Shown in pieces: positions 50,107 through 60,795 of a stretch of DNA of 64,000 nt. Within the stretch, counting starts at the first letter, position 1. Every line of letters starts with the position of its first letter. The notes beneath the pieces are model-generated. The model saw only the letters and a program-made list of their open reading frames with translations. It made no database searches and was not told the origin of the DNA. Location: positions 8,606-72,605 of the forward strand of contig PCWN01000003.1 of NCBI GenBank assembly GCA_002787355.1. The letters are read 5' to 3'. Origin of the DNA: Candidatus Magasanikbacteria bacterium CG11_big_fil_rev_8_21_14_0_20_39_34. GTDB taxonomy: Bacteria > Patescibacteriota > Patescibacteriia > Magasanikbacterales > UBA922. Position numbers and translations under genes: made by a program.

Positions 50107-53100
50107 ATGCATGAACAATTTCGGGCACTTCCCGAAGCACAACGCAGTGAAGCACTCCTCAATCAAATTGGGGCTCTTGTCCATGTCTCCGGTTTTAAAT
50201 GGAAGGACGTTCTGGATGGAGGAAAACAAGCCTTAAGAGAGGGAAGACTTCATGAGGGAAATCTTTCTGTCTATCATGCCATGATGAGAGAACTTTATAC
50301 CCTCAAAGGAGAACTTGGTACCGCAATCTCAGAACACCCAAAAGAAGCAAAATTTGCTTTTCGTGAAAAAGAAATAGCCGGAAGAACCATACACATTGCA
50401 GAAAATGTTTCAGATATTGATCTTGCACTGCGAGAAGATGATATTGCATCATTTGTTGAATATACAAAAGATCCCCTCTTCTCAAAAGCACCTATAAACA
50501 GACTGGAGATAAGAAAAAAGAATTTTTCGCCCAAAAGAGCTGGTGCCCCCGCAAAAAGGGAAGAAAAAATTATTCTTCGTGTTACCTTTTCTTCAGGATA
50601 TCAAACGGATTTGCCAGATACTACGATTGGTGGATCCTCGCCACTCAAAATAAAATTTGAACATACCGCAAAAAATTCACATAATCCCCCAACACCATTT
50701 AGACTCTATGAAAGTGGTATTGATGAGAAAACTCTTGAAAAAAATCATTGGTCAAGAGATGTGGATGAGACCACAGATCCACCAATAACAACCATTAAAG
50801 ATGCCGCAGGAAGCATCATTCAAAAAGGAACCTTCAATCAAAAAGGAGAACTTTTACAAGGAGTAAGTAATTATAAAATACCTGTTATAGGCACGCAGGG
50901 AATGCGAATTACACAAGATACCCGCCAGGTTGACGGCTCTCTTATCCTTTTGGAAGAGCACATTGAGGACAATCCGGAAAATAAAATATATGCGAACACA
51001 AAATTAGTTGGTTTATTTGAAAAAAAACCAGATGGTGGAAAAGGAGAATCTCTCTCCCCACTTGCCGTGTACGACAAAGATGAAAAACTTATAGCGGTCA
51101 CCAACAGGAAACCACTCCAACGAGGAGAAAAAGAAACTGACTTCTCATTTCTCAAAGGGAGGTTAAGTACAGCGCTTTCTGAAGGAACGGGCTTAAAAAC
51201 ACTTGAAGCCTCTTTTGTAGATGAATACATCCATGGGGATGTTTCCACAGTGGCACAGGAGATCGCTCAGAATATTCTTCATCCAAAGGATTATAAAAGA
51301 GTTCCTGAACTTTCAGTTGCTATTGAACGGACACTTTTCCTCTTTGACTTGTATACAATGAATCCACTTGTAGAAAGTGCAAAAATCTCAACAGATACTT
51401 TGGATACTTTACAAGATGCCATAAATATTCTTCTACAAAATGCCGTCATAGATCTTCATGCAAGAATTGATAGACTGGCACAAGATTATATTGCGCTTGA
51501 CAAAGGAGGGTTCCTACCCGAAGAAAAAATTGGAGAATTTGCCATGCGACTTAAGGAGGAACGCAGACAAGTTGAACATACTTTTCAAACACAAAAAGCA
51601 GAGCTTTTTGAATTTGTCCAGAAAACCGGATCACTTGAAGCCACATTTGAGAATACAGCACTTGCAGTAGACCAAAATGATGGATCTGTTTCTATGGCAG
51701 AATCTGTACAACCAGCTCTTACAGTAATTGATAAAATTTTAGCCGCCATTGATGGTGATTTAGATCCGCCACCTACGCTATCGGAACCAGAGCCGGAGCC
51801 AGAACCTGAGCCAGAACCTGAGCCAGAGCCAGAACCAGAACCAGAGCCAGAACCTGAGCCAGAACCTGAGCCAGAACCTGAGCCTGAACCTGAGCCAGAA
51901 CCAGAGCCAGAACCTGAGCCTGAACCTGAGCCAGAACCTGAGCCAGAACCTGAGCCAATAAAACAAGAAACACTCCTTTCTCCAGAAAAAAAGGCGGAAA
52001 TGGAACGAGTGAAAGAACTCTACAAACCAACGTATCCGGTTACTCTTCTTGATGGAAGTTCAAAGTTTGAGAACTTTTCGTCAAATCCAGATACCAAAGC
52101 ATTTACTGAAATGAAGGAGTATCTTGAAAATGCTCGTCTGGTAGCACTGGAAGATGCCCATGGAAGTGCCTACAAAATTTTTGAACGTGCTATTCTTTCC
52201 GGATTTATCACGCTTCCCGAAGAGAAAGCAAAACGATTTCAAGAGCTCTACCAACAGGCCGTGAAACTTCGTTTTGGTGAATTAAAGACCGTGCCTGCAT
52301 ATGGCGTAATACTTAAAGATCCACTTGATGACCCGGCTTCTTTTGAAAATTTTAAAAAACTTCATGATGAAATGCTTACGATTATTGCTGAAATAGAATG
52401 GACGGGAGAAGATAGAACCTACCTTCTCCTTGGTGATACGGTCTATGACAGAGGCCTCTCAGATACACTCACCCTTGCGCTGATAGAAAAAATGCGCAAA
52501 GAAGGGGGAAAAGTCCCTATACTTGCCTCAAACCACGACCTTTCCGTGTTCTTACAGGACCTCCACATACAAACACTGTATATATCCCACATTACTGCAG
52601 AAAAACTTGGAGAAGATGAAGCGCGCAAAAAAGAATATGTGGCCAATCATGATGTCTTCTATTATGATGCAGAAACACAAAAAATCTTTGCGCATGCTCC
52701 TATAAACCTGGGAGTTATCAATGAGCTAAAAAAAGCTACAGGATTTACGGATGACATAGACCAAAAAAATCTTCCTGAATTTATAGAAAGATGTAATAAG
52801 TGGTACCATGATCTCCTGCACAAATGTCTTGAAGGCCATGTATTTACAAATGAGGAAATAATTCTACTAAAAAATGTTACTTGGAAAAGTGATCCCTACT
52901 CTGACCTGTACATATTTGAAAGAGGCCGTGAACCCGTTCGCCTGAGTGAAGATAACCTCCCAACAGAACAAAGACTGCCACTGAAAGGCGTTGTACGGCA
53001 GTTCATTCATGGACATGATTCTAGTAGTAAAAAAAGTCCATTTGATATACGTCAAAACCATGCGAATACACCAGACTACACAACCGTAAATCTTGATAAT

Positions 53101-53937
53101 GCAACGTACCGAGGTGAACGCGTTGGTGATAGAACGCCAGCCCTCTTCTTTGCTATAGGAGAAAAGAAAGAAGCACCTGAAAAAAAGAAAGAAGAAAATC
53201 CCTATCTCTCAGAATCTATTCTTGGACAACACATCACCCGGGTGGTCCATGACATTGTGGTAAAAACAGGAGACTATTTCCGTTTTTCAAATGATAACGG
53301 AAAAACATGGATCTATGGACGTGTCGCTTCTATCTCGGAAAAAAGAACAGATGCCGACCAAAGCTTTCCTTTTTTCAGAGAAGAAGATGGAAGAGTGATG
53401 TATTTTAATGGTTATAAAAAAAGCATGCACGATATAGGCACCCAGTTTGAAAAACTTGATGAACCTGGTAAACATGCAGAGGCTAAGAAAACACAGGAAG
53501 TGGATTCTGAAAAACTCTTGGCAATCCTCAACGATCTTCAACCATACTTACCAAGTATACAGCCCGAAAAAATTGTACCGACGTGGATTCAAAAAGCCAA
53601 AGAAACATCCAGTATTCCTATGGAAGTCCAAAGGCAAATCATCATCCTTTCTCAGAGAAATCATAAGAATCATGAATACTTTGATTGGTCAGAAGAGAAT
53701 CCACTTGCAACTAAACTCCGCGAATTGGCAGCAGTATTTGGAGTAACTCTTCTTACTTCAGAGGGGCAAATCCCAGATAGAGAGAAACATTATAACCAAA
53801 GAGGCATTGATCACGATGACCTGAAAGCCCAAGGGATAAATATACAACGCAATCGTATTTATAAAACACTTGCCCCAGGTTTTATTGCGTCAAATGGTGA
53901 AGTCATCAGTCAAGAAAATGTTTTGGTAACTTTTTAA
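50107..53937 (+). CDS. giant-operon protein 4 (1276 aa): N-terminal region, (Glu-Pro)x29 linker, calcineurin-like/PPP-type metallophosphatase-like domain
   Basis: EP repeat at aa 560-617. Downstream motifs in canonical order: LEDAHG (GDxHG-like), [11 protein letters not shown] (GDxxDRG) and ILASNHD (GNH[DE]-like), then FIHGHD. Confidence 0.7.
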   Translation: MHEQFRALPEAQRSEALLNQIGALVHVSGFKWKDVLDGGKQALREGRLHEGNLSVYHAMMRELYTLKGELGTAISEHPKEAKFAFREKEIAGRTIHIAENVSDIDLALREDDIASFVEYTKDPLFSKAPINRLEIRKKNFSPKRAGAPAKREEKIILRVTFSSGYQTDLPDTTIGGSSPLKIKFEHTAKNSHNPPTPFRLYESGIDEKTLEKNHWSRDVDETTDPPITTIKDAAGSIIQKGTFNQKGELLQGVSNYKIPVIGTQGMRITQDTRQVDGSLILLEEHIEDNPENKIYANTKLVGLFEKKPDGGKGESLSPLAVYDKDEKLIAVTNRKPLQRGEKETDFSFLKGRLSTALSEGTGLKTLEASFVDEYIHGDVSTVAQEIAQNILHPKDYKRVPELSVAIERTLFLFDLYTMNPLVESAKISTDTLDTLQDAINILLQNAVIDLHARIDRLAQDYIALDKGGFLPEEKIGEFAMRLKEERRQVEHTFQTQKAELFEFVQKTGSLEATFENTALAVDQNDGSVSMAESVQPALTVIDKILAAIDGDLDPPPTLSEPEPEPEPEPEPEPEPEPEPEPEPEPEPEPEPEPEPEPEPEPEPEPEPEPEPEPEPEPIKQETLLSPEKKAEMERVKELYKPTYPVTLLDGSSKFENFSSNPDTKAFTEMKEYLENARLVALEDAHGSAYKIFERAILSGFITLPEEKAKRFQELYQQAVKLRFGELKTVPAYGVILKDPLDDPASFENFKKLHDEMLTIIAEIEWTGEDRTYLLLGDTVYDRGLSDTLTLALIEKMRKEGGKVPILASNHDLSVFLQDLHIQTLYISHITAEKLGEDEARKKEYVANHDVFYYDAETQKIFAHAPINLGVINELKKATGFTDDIDQKNLPEFIERCNKWYHDLLHKCLEGHVFTNEEIILLKNVTWKSDPYSDLYIFERGREPVRLSEDNLPTEQRLPLKGVVRQFIHGHDSSSKKSPFDIRQNHANTPDYTTVNLDNATYRGERVGDRTPALFFAIGEKKEAPEKKKEENPYLSESILGQHITRVVHDIVVKTGDYFRFSNDNGKTWIYGRVASISEKRTDADQSFPFFREEDGRVMYFNGYKKSMHDIGTQFEKLDEPGKHAEAKKTQEVDSEKLLAILNDLQPYLPSIQPEKIVPTWIQKAKETSSIPMEVQRQIIILSQRNHKNHEYFDWSEENPLATKLRELAAVFGVTLLTSEGQIPDREKHYNQRGIDHDDLKAQGINIQRNRIYKTLAPGFIASNGEVISQENVLVTF
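51784..51957 (+). repeat. 29 tandem copies of a 6-nt GAR-CCN unit encoding (Glu-Pro)29
   Basis: Counted codon by codon. The units are imperfect at synonymous positions (gaa/gag, cca/cct/ccg). Confidence 0.9.
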
Positions 53938-53962
53938 TAAAAATATAGTCTAAAATTATTTT

Positions 53963-56900
53963 ATGCCACAAAGCTCCGCATACAAAGAACGAGTACAACA
54001 AGAAGTACTCGGTACCAAAAAAGTACTGCGGGATTTTGGTATTGAAAAAATAAAATCCGATGCAGATCTTTTTAAGGCTTTACGTGCCCTTCGTGATGCA
54101 GGACGACTGGATGAGTTAAAAGCACTGCTTCATGCCCGTCGTGAGGCCATTACCACCGCTCTTGGAAAAACTATTATTCTTGGAGGAAGAGATGGAAAAT
54201 CAAGATATTTTGAAGGAGAAGTTGTGGATGATCTCCCCAATGGAGTTGGACGCATCATAGAGGGCAAGAAAGTAGAAGCAGACGGTGAATTTAAAGATGG
54301 CTACCTTCAGCATGGCATTGCATACAGATATGATGGTGAAACCCTACGATTTACTACCATAGTAGAAGAAGCATATCCAAATGGTAGGGTAAAAAGCGGA
54401 AGTATTATCAACGCAAAAGACGGAAGACGTCTTTCTTCCGAAGCATTTCACGAGGACGGAACCACAGACCAAGGTGAACTTATTGATGAAAATGGTATTG
54501 TGTTAAAAGAAGGTGCTTTTGTAGTTTATGATAAACACCTGCTCCTTTCTTCCGGACAGATTGAGCACTATCCCCACACACATACAGTCCATATTGGGGA
54601 TCAAGATATTCCAATAGTCCGCACAGACGCGAATTCATACCGATTTGAAAAGCAAGCGGATACTTATCAAGAAATGCCGGAAGGCAAAGGAACAACTACC
54701 GATACCAAAGGCCAAGTCTATGAAATTTACTTTGAAGACGGAAAAGACTATAGAGCACAAGGATATGTAAAGGTTTACAAATCAGCGGAAGAGCACAAAC
54801 TTCTCAGAATACTCAATCGTGAAATTTCCTTTGCTCCTCCAGCGCTTGATCAAGATGCTATACAACAAAAACTTGCAGAACTGCGCACCGGTAAGGGTGA
54901 AGAAGCAACTTTGCGAACTGAACTAAGTGATCTCTACAAAACAACTCATGATGCACATACTACCTTCAACAATGAACTGGTTCCCTTTATACAAAAAAAT
55001 TATGTAGATGCATCAGTAGGAGATATACAGAGTAAGCTGAAAATTGGTCATTTTGCTACCAAACTCAATGCAAAAATTACTACGCTCAAAAAACAAGCTA
55101 ACACTGAACCTGATCAAATAACCCTAAAACATGCACTGGATACAATCCGATACCAAGGTTTTACCAAAGGAGCAACGGAAAGCCTAAAAGATCTTCTTGC
55201 AGAATATTGCACTATAGACAATAGTACCGGTGGATTTATCTCTGACTCAAACAAAGATGCCTTCCTTGCAGCCTATTCTGCAAATATGGAAGCAACACTT
55301 GCACAAATTCGAAGCACCCTAGATACAACTGCGGAAGCCTTTTTGGATGAGAAAAAAGCACGTGAAATTACTTCAGGAAATATTCACAAATGGTTTAAAG
55401 AATTAGGTGAGGCAAAAGGATTTTCCTTTTCTGTAGCAGGATCCACCTTTGAATTTCGAGCAAATTTACAACCTGATGGATCTCTTCATGCTCAGTATGA
55501 TGAGGATGAAATGAATATTGTACTCAATGGAGATGCCCTCACTGCAACCGTACGTATTGCAGGAAAAGAATCTCAACGTAGCCTTCCAAATTCAAAAGAA
55601 TCACTAAAACTATTGCTTCTCGGTTTTAAAGCAGAGCTAGAGAAAAAAGAACAAAGCAGAGCCGTTGAAGCTGCTATTCAGACTGCTGCCAATGCACACA
55701 TTTGGCCTTGTTGGGACGAAAAAACCCAATCTCCCGCTTCTCCTGCAAAGCTTGATGAAGATACCGGGAAAAATTTTGATGCTGCCAGACGCAGAGTTCT
55801 CCATACCCTTGATTTTTCTATTGATCGAGATACCTATTTTGAAATTTATACGCAATGGTTTGATGCACATATTGCAGAATATGGAAGCAGTGGTGAATAT
55901 TTTGCAGATGTGTACAAAGGTGATCGAGAAAAGAAATTTCGCATTATTCAACTGCTTGAAAAAGATTCTTTTAATGAAGATGAAAAAGGAGAACTTACTG
56001 AACTTCTTTCTTATTTAGAAAAAGATGTAAAAGGAAACCACGATCTCATGAGTGCTCTTGAGTACTCCTCTGATACATTAAAAGAACAAATAAAAACTCT
56101 TAAAAAGAAACTTGGAATAAAAAAAGAAAAGAAAAGTCCGACTGATGCGCCCAAAAAAGTTGAAGTCACACAGACAGAGCAGTTTCAAAGAGATCTTCAA
56201 GATGCACAGAATGATATTGCGCAAATGCGTACGATTCTTGTAAAAGATTCACTGAGCGAATATGATGAAGCGACCCTGGGTGATTTAGCAGAAACACTAA
56301 GGTTCACCCTTGAGAGACTTGAACAGATTGATCCAACACTCTATGACCAACTTGATACCACAAAGAAAGCACTCTGGGCAGAGCTCAAACTTAATCAAGA
56401 AACAGCAGAACAACCCGGAAACGAATTTGTTCGTGACCATACGGAGACTCCTGAAGACAGTGAACCACGCATGGGTCCCTACGCTGAATATGATACAAAA
56501 AAGATATCTTCTGCAATTCATGCCGTAAAAGAATTAGTCATCCTGTTATCGGAAACTGATGAAGAGTTAGAAGATGCTACCCCCTTCATGGAGTTTGAAA
56601 TGGATTTAATAGCACTCCTTTATCTCACTTCAAATAAAAGTGGTAGAAAAACCGAAGTACTTTCCGCTCTTCATGGAGTCTTTGATAATCCAGGTCAATT
56701 TTTTGAATCTCTCAATAATATAGAAGATGTCATTGCAGATGAGTACCGAGAACGAACCCTTGAATCACCCATTTCAGCAGAAGACAGAGCACTTGCAATG
56801 AATATCTTAAATATCCTCAATAAAGATTCAGATCTTTCTCTTTCAGTATTAGAAAAAAGAGCGTATTATTGTGCAAAGTGCATTGTAGATGAACGGGAAG

Positions 56901-59212
56901 ATACTTTCTTGCGTATCTATAGAAGTACTGTCACCGATACTCCTGACGAATCAATTGAATCCCAAAGAATGCTCGCTCTTGTCGGACAAAAAAATATACC
57001 AGAAGCCCTTACTGCAGAAAAAGTAAATGAAATATTAAAAGGATATTATTACACACGCATAAATGAACATATAGAAAGAATGGAACGTGCGCAAGCTACG
57101 AAAGGAAGGGATTATGCCACACGTATAAAAGGAGTCGCACAACAAAAGTCCGTTTCTGAAATGGATGAAACTGAGCGAACTATCCTTGAATCAGATATAA
57201 ATGTTCTCTTACTTACCCGGGGGAAATCTGAATACAAAAAACAAAAACAAGAGGCAGTTATTGGAGCCTTGAATGGTCAGTTTGAAAATTACGAACAACT
57301 CCTTGAGGCCATATACAAAAAAAATCTTGAACTTGTCATATATAAAAGAGATCACTCTACGGCACTTCCCCCAGATGAATATGCCCTTGTACGTGCACTC
57401 ATTGATGCCAATAATGAAGAGGAAGAAATTGTACATAAAGACCGTCCTGAAGAAAAACAAATAGTGCCTGCAAAACATTCTTTATTTAGAATAGACAAAA
57501 ATATTCGGATGATCCGTGGTATTGTGCGTACTGGTGGAGCACAATGGCTTCGTATTCATCTTGGAGATCCTCTTCGTGTACAAGAAAGAAATGGTACTAT
57601 CACTCTCCCTGCACAAACAGAAAGACGGATTGCAAACCTCAAATCAAAGTATCCAGACCTCTGCAAAGATCCAGAAGGGAATGAAATTTCAGATATAGAA
57701 CTTACCCAAAAGCTTCAAAATCTTTTGGAAGACTATTATTATTTTGAAATAAAAACCAATCGTGCCAATCTAGAAGAAAGAAAAGAAAATGTCTTTGAAC
57801 ATAAAGCCTTTTCTGAGATGTCTCCTTCTGATGAACAACGTTTTGTAAATAATTTGGTATTCTTTGGGGTACACCACATAGAACGTAGACGAATGGTTAT
57901 GGGGATATTTGGTCTTACCCCAGAGGAATATAATGCATTTCTTTTAGAAGTGAAAAAGGTGGATGATGAATATACACGATTCAAAATAGCAAATGCTGAA
58001 AAACCAACCCAAGAAGAAATGTCACTCGCACATGCTCTAAGAAAAGGTAATGAACTTGATCCAAAACTCAAACACATCTTAGATGAACGACAAAAATACC
58101 GAAGAAATAGACGTGCTATCCCGAAAGATTTGGAGCTGAACAGAGACCAGCATAATCAAGTTCGGATGAGTCTCCATGATGTGGAGACACAGTTTATTGA
58201 ATTGCGAAGAGGACTTTTATCTAAAGATGCAGTGCGTTTGTATGCACTTGAACCTATTCTGCGAAAATACGGGGCCATAACAGAAGAAAGAATTAAAAAT
58301 GCACAACAAGCATATACCGGTACTCAAGATGTTTCTTCAATTTCACGACAAACCTGGAATGATGCATACACCAAGCATTTTTATTGGAGACTCAAACAGG
58401 CGCAAGAAAAGAAAATTGCTGATGATGCAGCAAGAGAGAAAAGAGTTCAAACAGGCCAACGCGTCCGTGCTACCGGTGGGACAAGCGATGCACAGCTCGC
58501 AGGAAAACTTGGAGGGCTTTTTGCAAATGTACTTCAAGATGTTGACCTATCCAGGGCACAGTATGCTCCAGAAAAAATAGACGCTATTCTGTCTGGACAC
58601 TCTGAGGTGCTTACCCGTTATGTGAAGGCACGTCCTGGCGCCACCTATACGACAGAATTTCTTACAAAGTATCTGACAAAAGAAAAACTAAAAGCACTTG
58701 AAAAAATTGTGGGAGACAAAAAATATTCTCCACTCTTTGAAGAATTATCTCTTACCATAGTACTTGTTGAACCTAAATTCAATGGAGAAGATGGAGCAGA
58801 CCAAGATATTGAAGGTGAAGAAATTGACTTGGATCTCTCTATTCCAAACTCCCTTGATTCTCTTCGAGAAGCTCTCGAAGACCTGCTCAAAGAACAAGAA
58901 GAGCAAAACGCTGAAGAAAAAATTAATGCCTATATATTAAAATTCTTAGAAAATTATGAGATACAGGGGAATCCCGGAGAAGATAACCTGGAAAACATAT
59001 TCCTGGTTCAAGGGGAGACCAGAATATCCGCAGCTGACTTTGCAACAGAAAAATTTGAGAACCTCTCAAATGAGTTTATAGAAAAGAATATTGCAAAAGG
59101 AGCAAATGTCCTTTCCATTACAGAAGCCTTCATTGATATTGTCAAAAACACCCTTTCTGAGTCAGCAGATGGTGAAGAGGATAATAATACAGAGACGCTT
59201 GACGAAGAATAA
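53963..59212 (+). CDS. giant-operon protein 5 (1749 aa, hypothetical; N-terminal MORN-like repeats, long helical remainder)
   Basis: N-terminal YFEGEVVDDLPNGVGRIIEGKKVEADGEFKDGYLQHGIAYRYDGE repeats. The rest is Glu/Lys/Leu-rich with an acidic C-terminus, no TM helix and no signal peptide. Confidence 0.7.
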   Translation: MPQSSAYKERVQQEVLGTKKVLRDFGIEKIKSDADLFKALRALRDAGRLDELKALLHARREAITTALGKTIILGGRDGKSRYFEGEVVDDLPNGVGRIIEGKKVEADGEFKDGYLQHGIAYRYDGETLRFTTIVEEAYPNGRVKSGSIINAKDGRRLSSEAFHEDGTTDQGELIDENGIVLKEGAFVVYDKHLLLSSGQIEHYPHTHTVHIGDQDIPIVRTDANSYRFEKQADTYQEMPEGKGTTTDTKGQVYEIYFEDGKDYRAQGYVKVYKSAEEHKLLRILNREISFAPPALDQDAIQQKLAELRTGKGEEATLRTELSDLYKTTHDAHTTFNNELVPFIQKNYVDASVGDIQSKLKIGHFATKLNAKITTLKKQANTEPDQITLKHALDTIRYQGFTKGATESLKDLLAEYCTIDNSTGGFISDSNKDAFLAAYSANMEATLAQIRSTLDTTAEAFLDEKKAREITSGNIHKWFKELGEAKGFSFSVAGSTFEFRANLQPDGSLHAQYDEDEMNIVLNGDALTATVRIAGKESQRSLPNSKESLKLLLLGFKAELEKKEQSRAVEAAIQTAANAHIWPCWDEKTQSPASPAKLDEDTGKNFDAARRRVLHTLDFSIDRDTYFEIYTQWFDAHIAEYGSSGEYFADVYKGDREKKFRIIQLLEKDSFNEDEKGELTELLSYLEKDVKGNHDLMSALEYSSDTLKEQIKTLKKKLGIKKEKKSPTDAPKKVEVTQTEQFQRDLQDAQNDIAQMRTILVKDSLSEYDEATLGDLAETLRFTLERLEQIDPTLYDQLDTTKKALWAELKLNQETAEQPGNEFVRDHTETPEDSEPRMGPYAEYDTKKISSAIHAVKELVILLSETDEELEDATPFMEFEMDLIALLYLTSNKSGRKTEVLSALHGVFDNPGQFFESLNNIEDVIADEYRERTLESPISAEDRALAMNILNILNKDSDLSLSVLEKRAYYCAKCIVDEREDTFLRIYRSTVTDTPDESIESQRMLALVGQKNIPEALTAEKVNEILKGYYYTRINEHIERMERAQATKGRDYATRIKGVAQQKSVSEMDETERTILESDINVLLLTRGKSEYKKQKQEAVIGALNGQFENYEQLLEAIYKKNLELVIYKRDHSTALPPDEYALVRALIDANNEEEEIVHKDRPEEKQIVPAKHSLFRIDKNIRMIRGIVRTGGAQWLRIHLGDPLRVQERNGTITLPAQTERRIANLKSKYPDLCKDPEGNEISDIELTQKLQNLLEDYYYFEIKTNRANLEERKENVFEHKAFSEMSPSDEQRFVNNLVFFGVHHIERRRMVMGIFGLTPEEYNAFLLEVKKVDDEYTRFKIANAEKPTQEEMSLAHALRKGNELDPKLKHILDERQKYRRNRRAIPKDLELNRDQHNQVRMSLHDVETQFIELRRGLLSKDAVRLYALEPILRKYGAITEERIKNAQQAYTGTQDVSSISRQTWNDAYTKHFYWRLKQAQEKKIADDAAREKRVQTGQRVRATGGTSDAQLAGKLGGLFANVLQDVDLSRAQYAPEKIDAILSGHSEVLTRYVKARPGATYTTEFLTKYLTKEKLKALEKIVGDKKYSPLFEELSLTIVLVEPKFNGEDGADQDIEGEEIDLDLSIPNSLDSLREALEDLLKEQEEQNAEEKINAYILKFLENYEIQGNPGEDNLENIFLVQGETRISAADFATEKFENLSNEFIEKNIAKGANVLSITEAFIDIVKNTLSESADGEEDNNTETLDEE

Positions 59213-59230
59213 TCCTCTCAAAAAATCGAA

Positions 59231-59262
59231 AAATCCGGTTTGCCAGACCCGGATTTTTTTTA
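59231..59262 (+). terminator. rho-independent terminator ending the giant operon
   Basis: Stem AAATCCGG/CCGGATTT followed by TTTTTTTATAT. Confidence 0.5.
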
Positions 59263-59297
59263 TATACTGAGCACAAGATTATTTGTAATAATACCCT

Positions 59298-60170
59298 ATG
59301 CAGGCATACCTTGATATTGTCAAAAAGATTCTCGAACATGGTGAGGAGAAAGAAAATAGGACCGGAACCAATACCCTATCCATTGCTGGAGTCCTGTTTG
59401 AACATGACATGAGCACAGGGTTTCCACTCCTTACTACCAAAAAAGTCCCCTTTCGTCTCATTGCCTCTGAGTTAGAATTTTTTATCAAAGGGATTACAGA
59501 TAAAGAATGGCTCAAAGAAAGAAATAATCACATCTGGGATGAATGGGCACACCCCCTCAAAGCCCCTTATGGACACGACGAGGCCTCAAAACAACGCATG
59601 ATGGAAGAAAGGGATTTGGGCCCTGTGTATGGCTTCCAGTGGAGACACTACAATGCAGAATATGAAAATTATAACTCAGACTATTCCGGAAAAGGAGTAG
59701 ATCAGCTTGCCAAAATTGTAGACTCACTCAAAAATAATCCCAATGATAGAAGAATGCTCGTGAGTGCATGGAATCCAATACAAATGAACCAAATGGCGTT
59801 GCCACCTTGCCACTACGCCTTTCAGGTAGTGGTAAATAATGGGAAACTCAATCTCATGTGGAACCAACGCTCCGTTGATGTAATGTTAGGACTCCCCTTC
59901 AATATTGCCAGCTATGCATTGCTCCTGCACCTACTTGCCAAAGAGGCAAATCTTCAAGAAGGGAGACTCGTTGGTTTCTTGGGAGACACCCATATCTACA
60001 CCAATCATAGGGATGGTGCACAAGAACAACTCTCACGTGACCCCAAAAAGTATCCCCTTCCACAGATTATAACCGAACCTTTTACCTCAATTTTTGACTG
60101 GTCTTATGAAGACAGTAAAATTGAAAATTATCAAAGTTACCCAAGAATATCCTTTGAAATTGCTGTCTAA
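59298..60170 (+). CDS. thyA: thymidylate synthase (ThyA)
   Basis: Motifs RTGTNT, GPVYGFQWRH, ALPPCH (catalytic Cys), WNQRSVDVMLGLPFNIASYALL (Asn, not Asp, at the dUMP-specificity position) and GDTHIYTNH. Confidence 0.93.
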   Translation: MQAYLDIVKKILEHGEEKENRTGTNTLSIAGVLFEHDMSTGFPLLTTKKVPFRLIASELEFFIKGITDKEWLKERNNHIWDEWAHPLKAPYGHDEASKQRMMEERDLGPVYGFQWRHYNAEYENYNSDYSGKGVDQLAKIVDSLKNNPNDRRMLVSAWNPIQMNQMALPPCHYAFQVVVNNGKLNLMWNQRSVDVMLGLPFNIASYALLLHLLAKEANLQEGRLVGFLGDTHIYTNHRDGAQEQLSRDPKKYPLPQIITEPFTSIFDWSYEDSKIENYQSYPRISFEIAV

Positions 60171-60179
60171 CACATACCT

Positions 60180-60653
60180 ATGATTACTCTCATTGCTGCT
60201 GTATCAGAAAATTTTTGTATAGGAAAAAATGGTGAGCTTCCTTGGAACATCCCTGAAGATCTAAAGCATTTTAAACGTCTTACGGAAGGGCATGTGGTCA
60301 TAATGGGAAGAAAGACATGGGAATCCATCCCCGAAAAATTTCGCCCACTTCCTAAGAGAAAAAATGTTGTCATTACACGGCAAACAAACTATCCGGTTCC
60401 AGAAGGTGTGGAAGTTTTCTCAAACCTCGAAGAGGCGCTTCTTGCCTTCTCTCAACAATCCGTCTTTATTATTGGTGGAGAACAGATTTATTCGGCAACA
60501 ATAGAAAAAGCAGACCAACTTGAAATAACACATATTCAAAAAACCATACCTGATGGTGATGCTTTTTTTCCCGCAATAGACTCAAACCTTTGGGAAAACG
60601 TATCCGAGGAAACACACGAAAATTTTTCTTTTGTGACGTACAAACGCAAATAA
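60180..60653 (+). CDS. folA: dihydrofolate reductase
   Basis: MITLIAAVSENFCIGKNGELPWNIPEDLKHFKRLT and VIMGRKTWESIP, 157 aa. Confidence 0.9.
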   Translation: MITLIAAVSENFCIGKNGELPWNIPEDLKHFKRLTEGHVVIMGRKTWESIPEKFRPLPKRKNVVITRQTNYPVPEGVEVFSNLEEALLAFSQQSVFIIGGEQIYSATIEKADQLEITHIQKTIPDGDAFFPAIDSNLWENVSEETHENFSFVTYKRK

Positions 60654-60703
60654 TTTTGCTCAAAAATCTTATCCCCAGGCTTTCTTTTTTTTCGCCGTTT
60701 TTT

Positions 60704-60733
60704 CAAAAAAATGCCTAAAATAAGCATTTTTTT
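60704..60733 (+). terminator. candidate rho-independent terminator after folA
   Basis: Stem AAATGC/GCATTT with a 9-nt loop, followed by TTTTTTTG. Confidence 0.35.
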
Positions 60734-60795
60734 GAAACTTGAATCTTCTGCTGTGCTCTGTTACAATCAAAGGGCAGATTTAGCCTATTGCGTCT

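Noticed and set aside
51784-51957. Possible CRISPR-like or microsatellite array (regular 6-nt periodicity)
   Set aside because: It has no spacers and no repeat/spacer alternation. It lies in-frame inside a 1276-aa ORF and encodes (Glu-Pro)29, so it is a coding low-complexity repeat, not a CRISPR array. No CRISPR array was found anywhere in the window.
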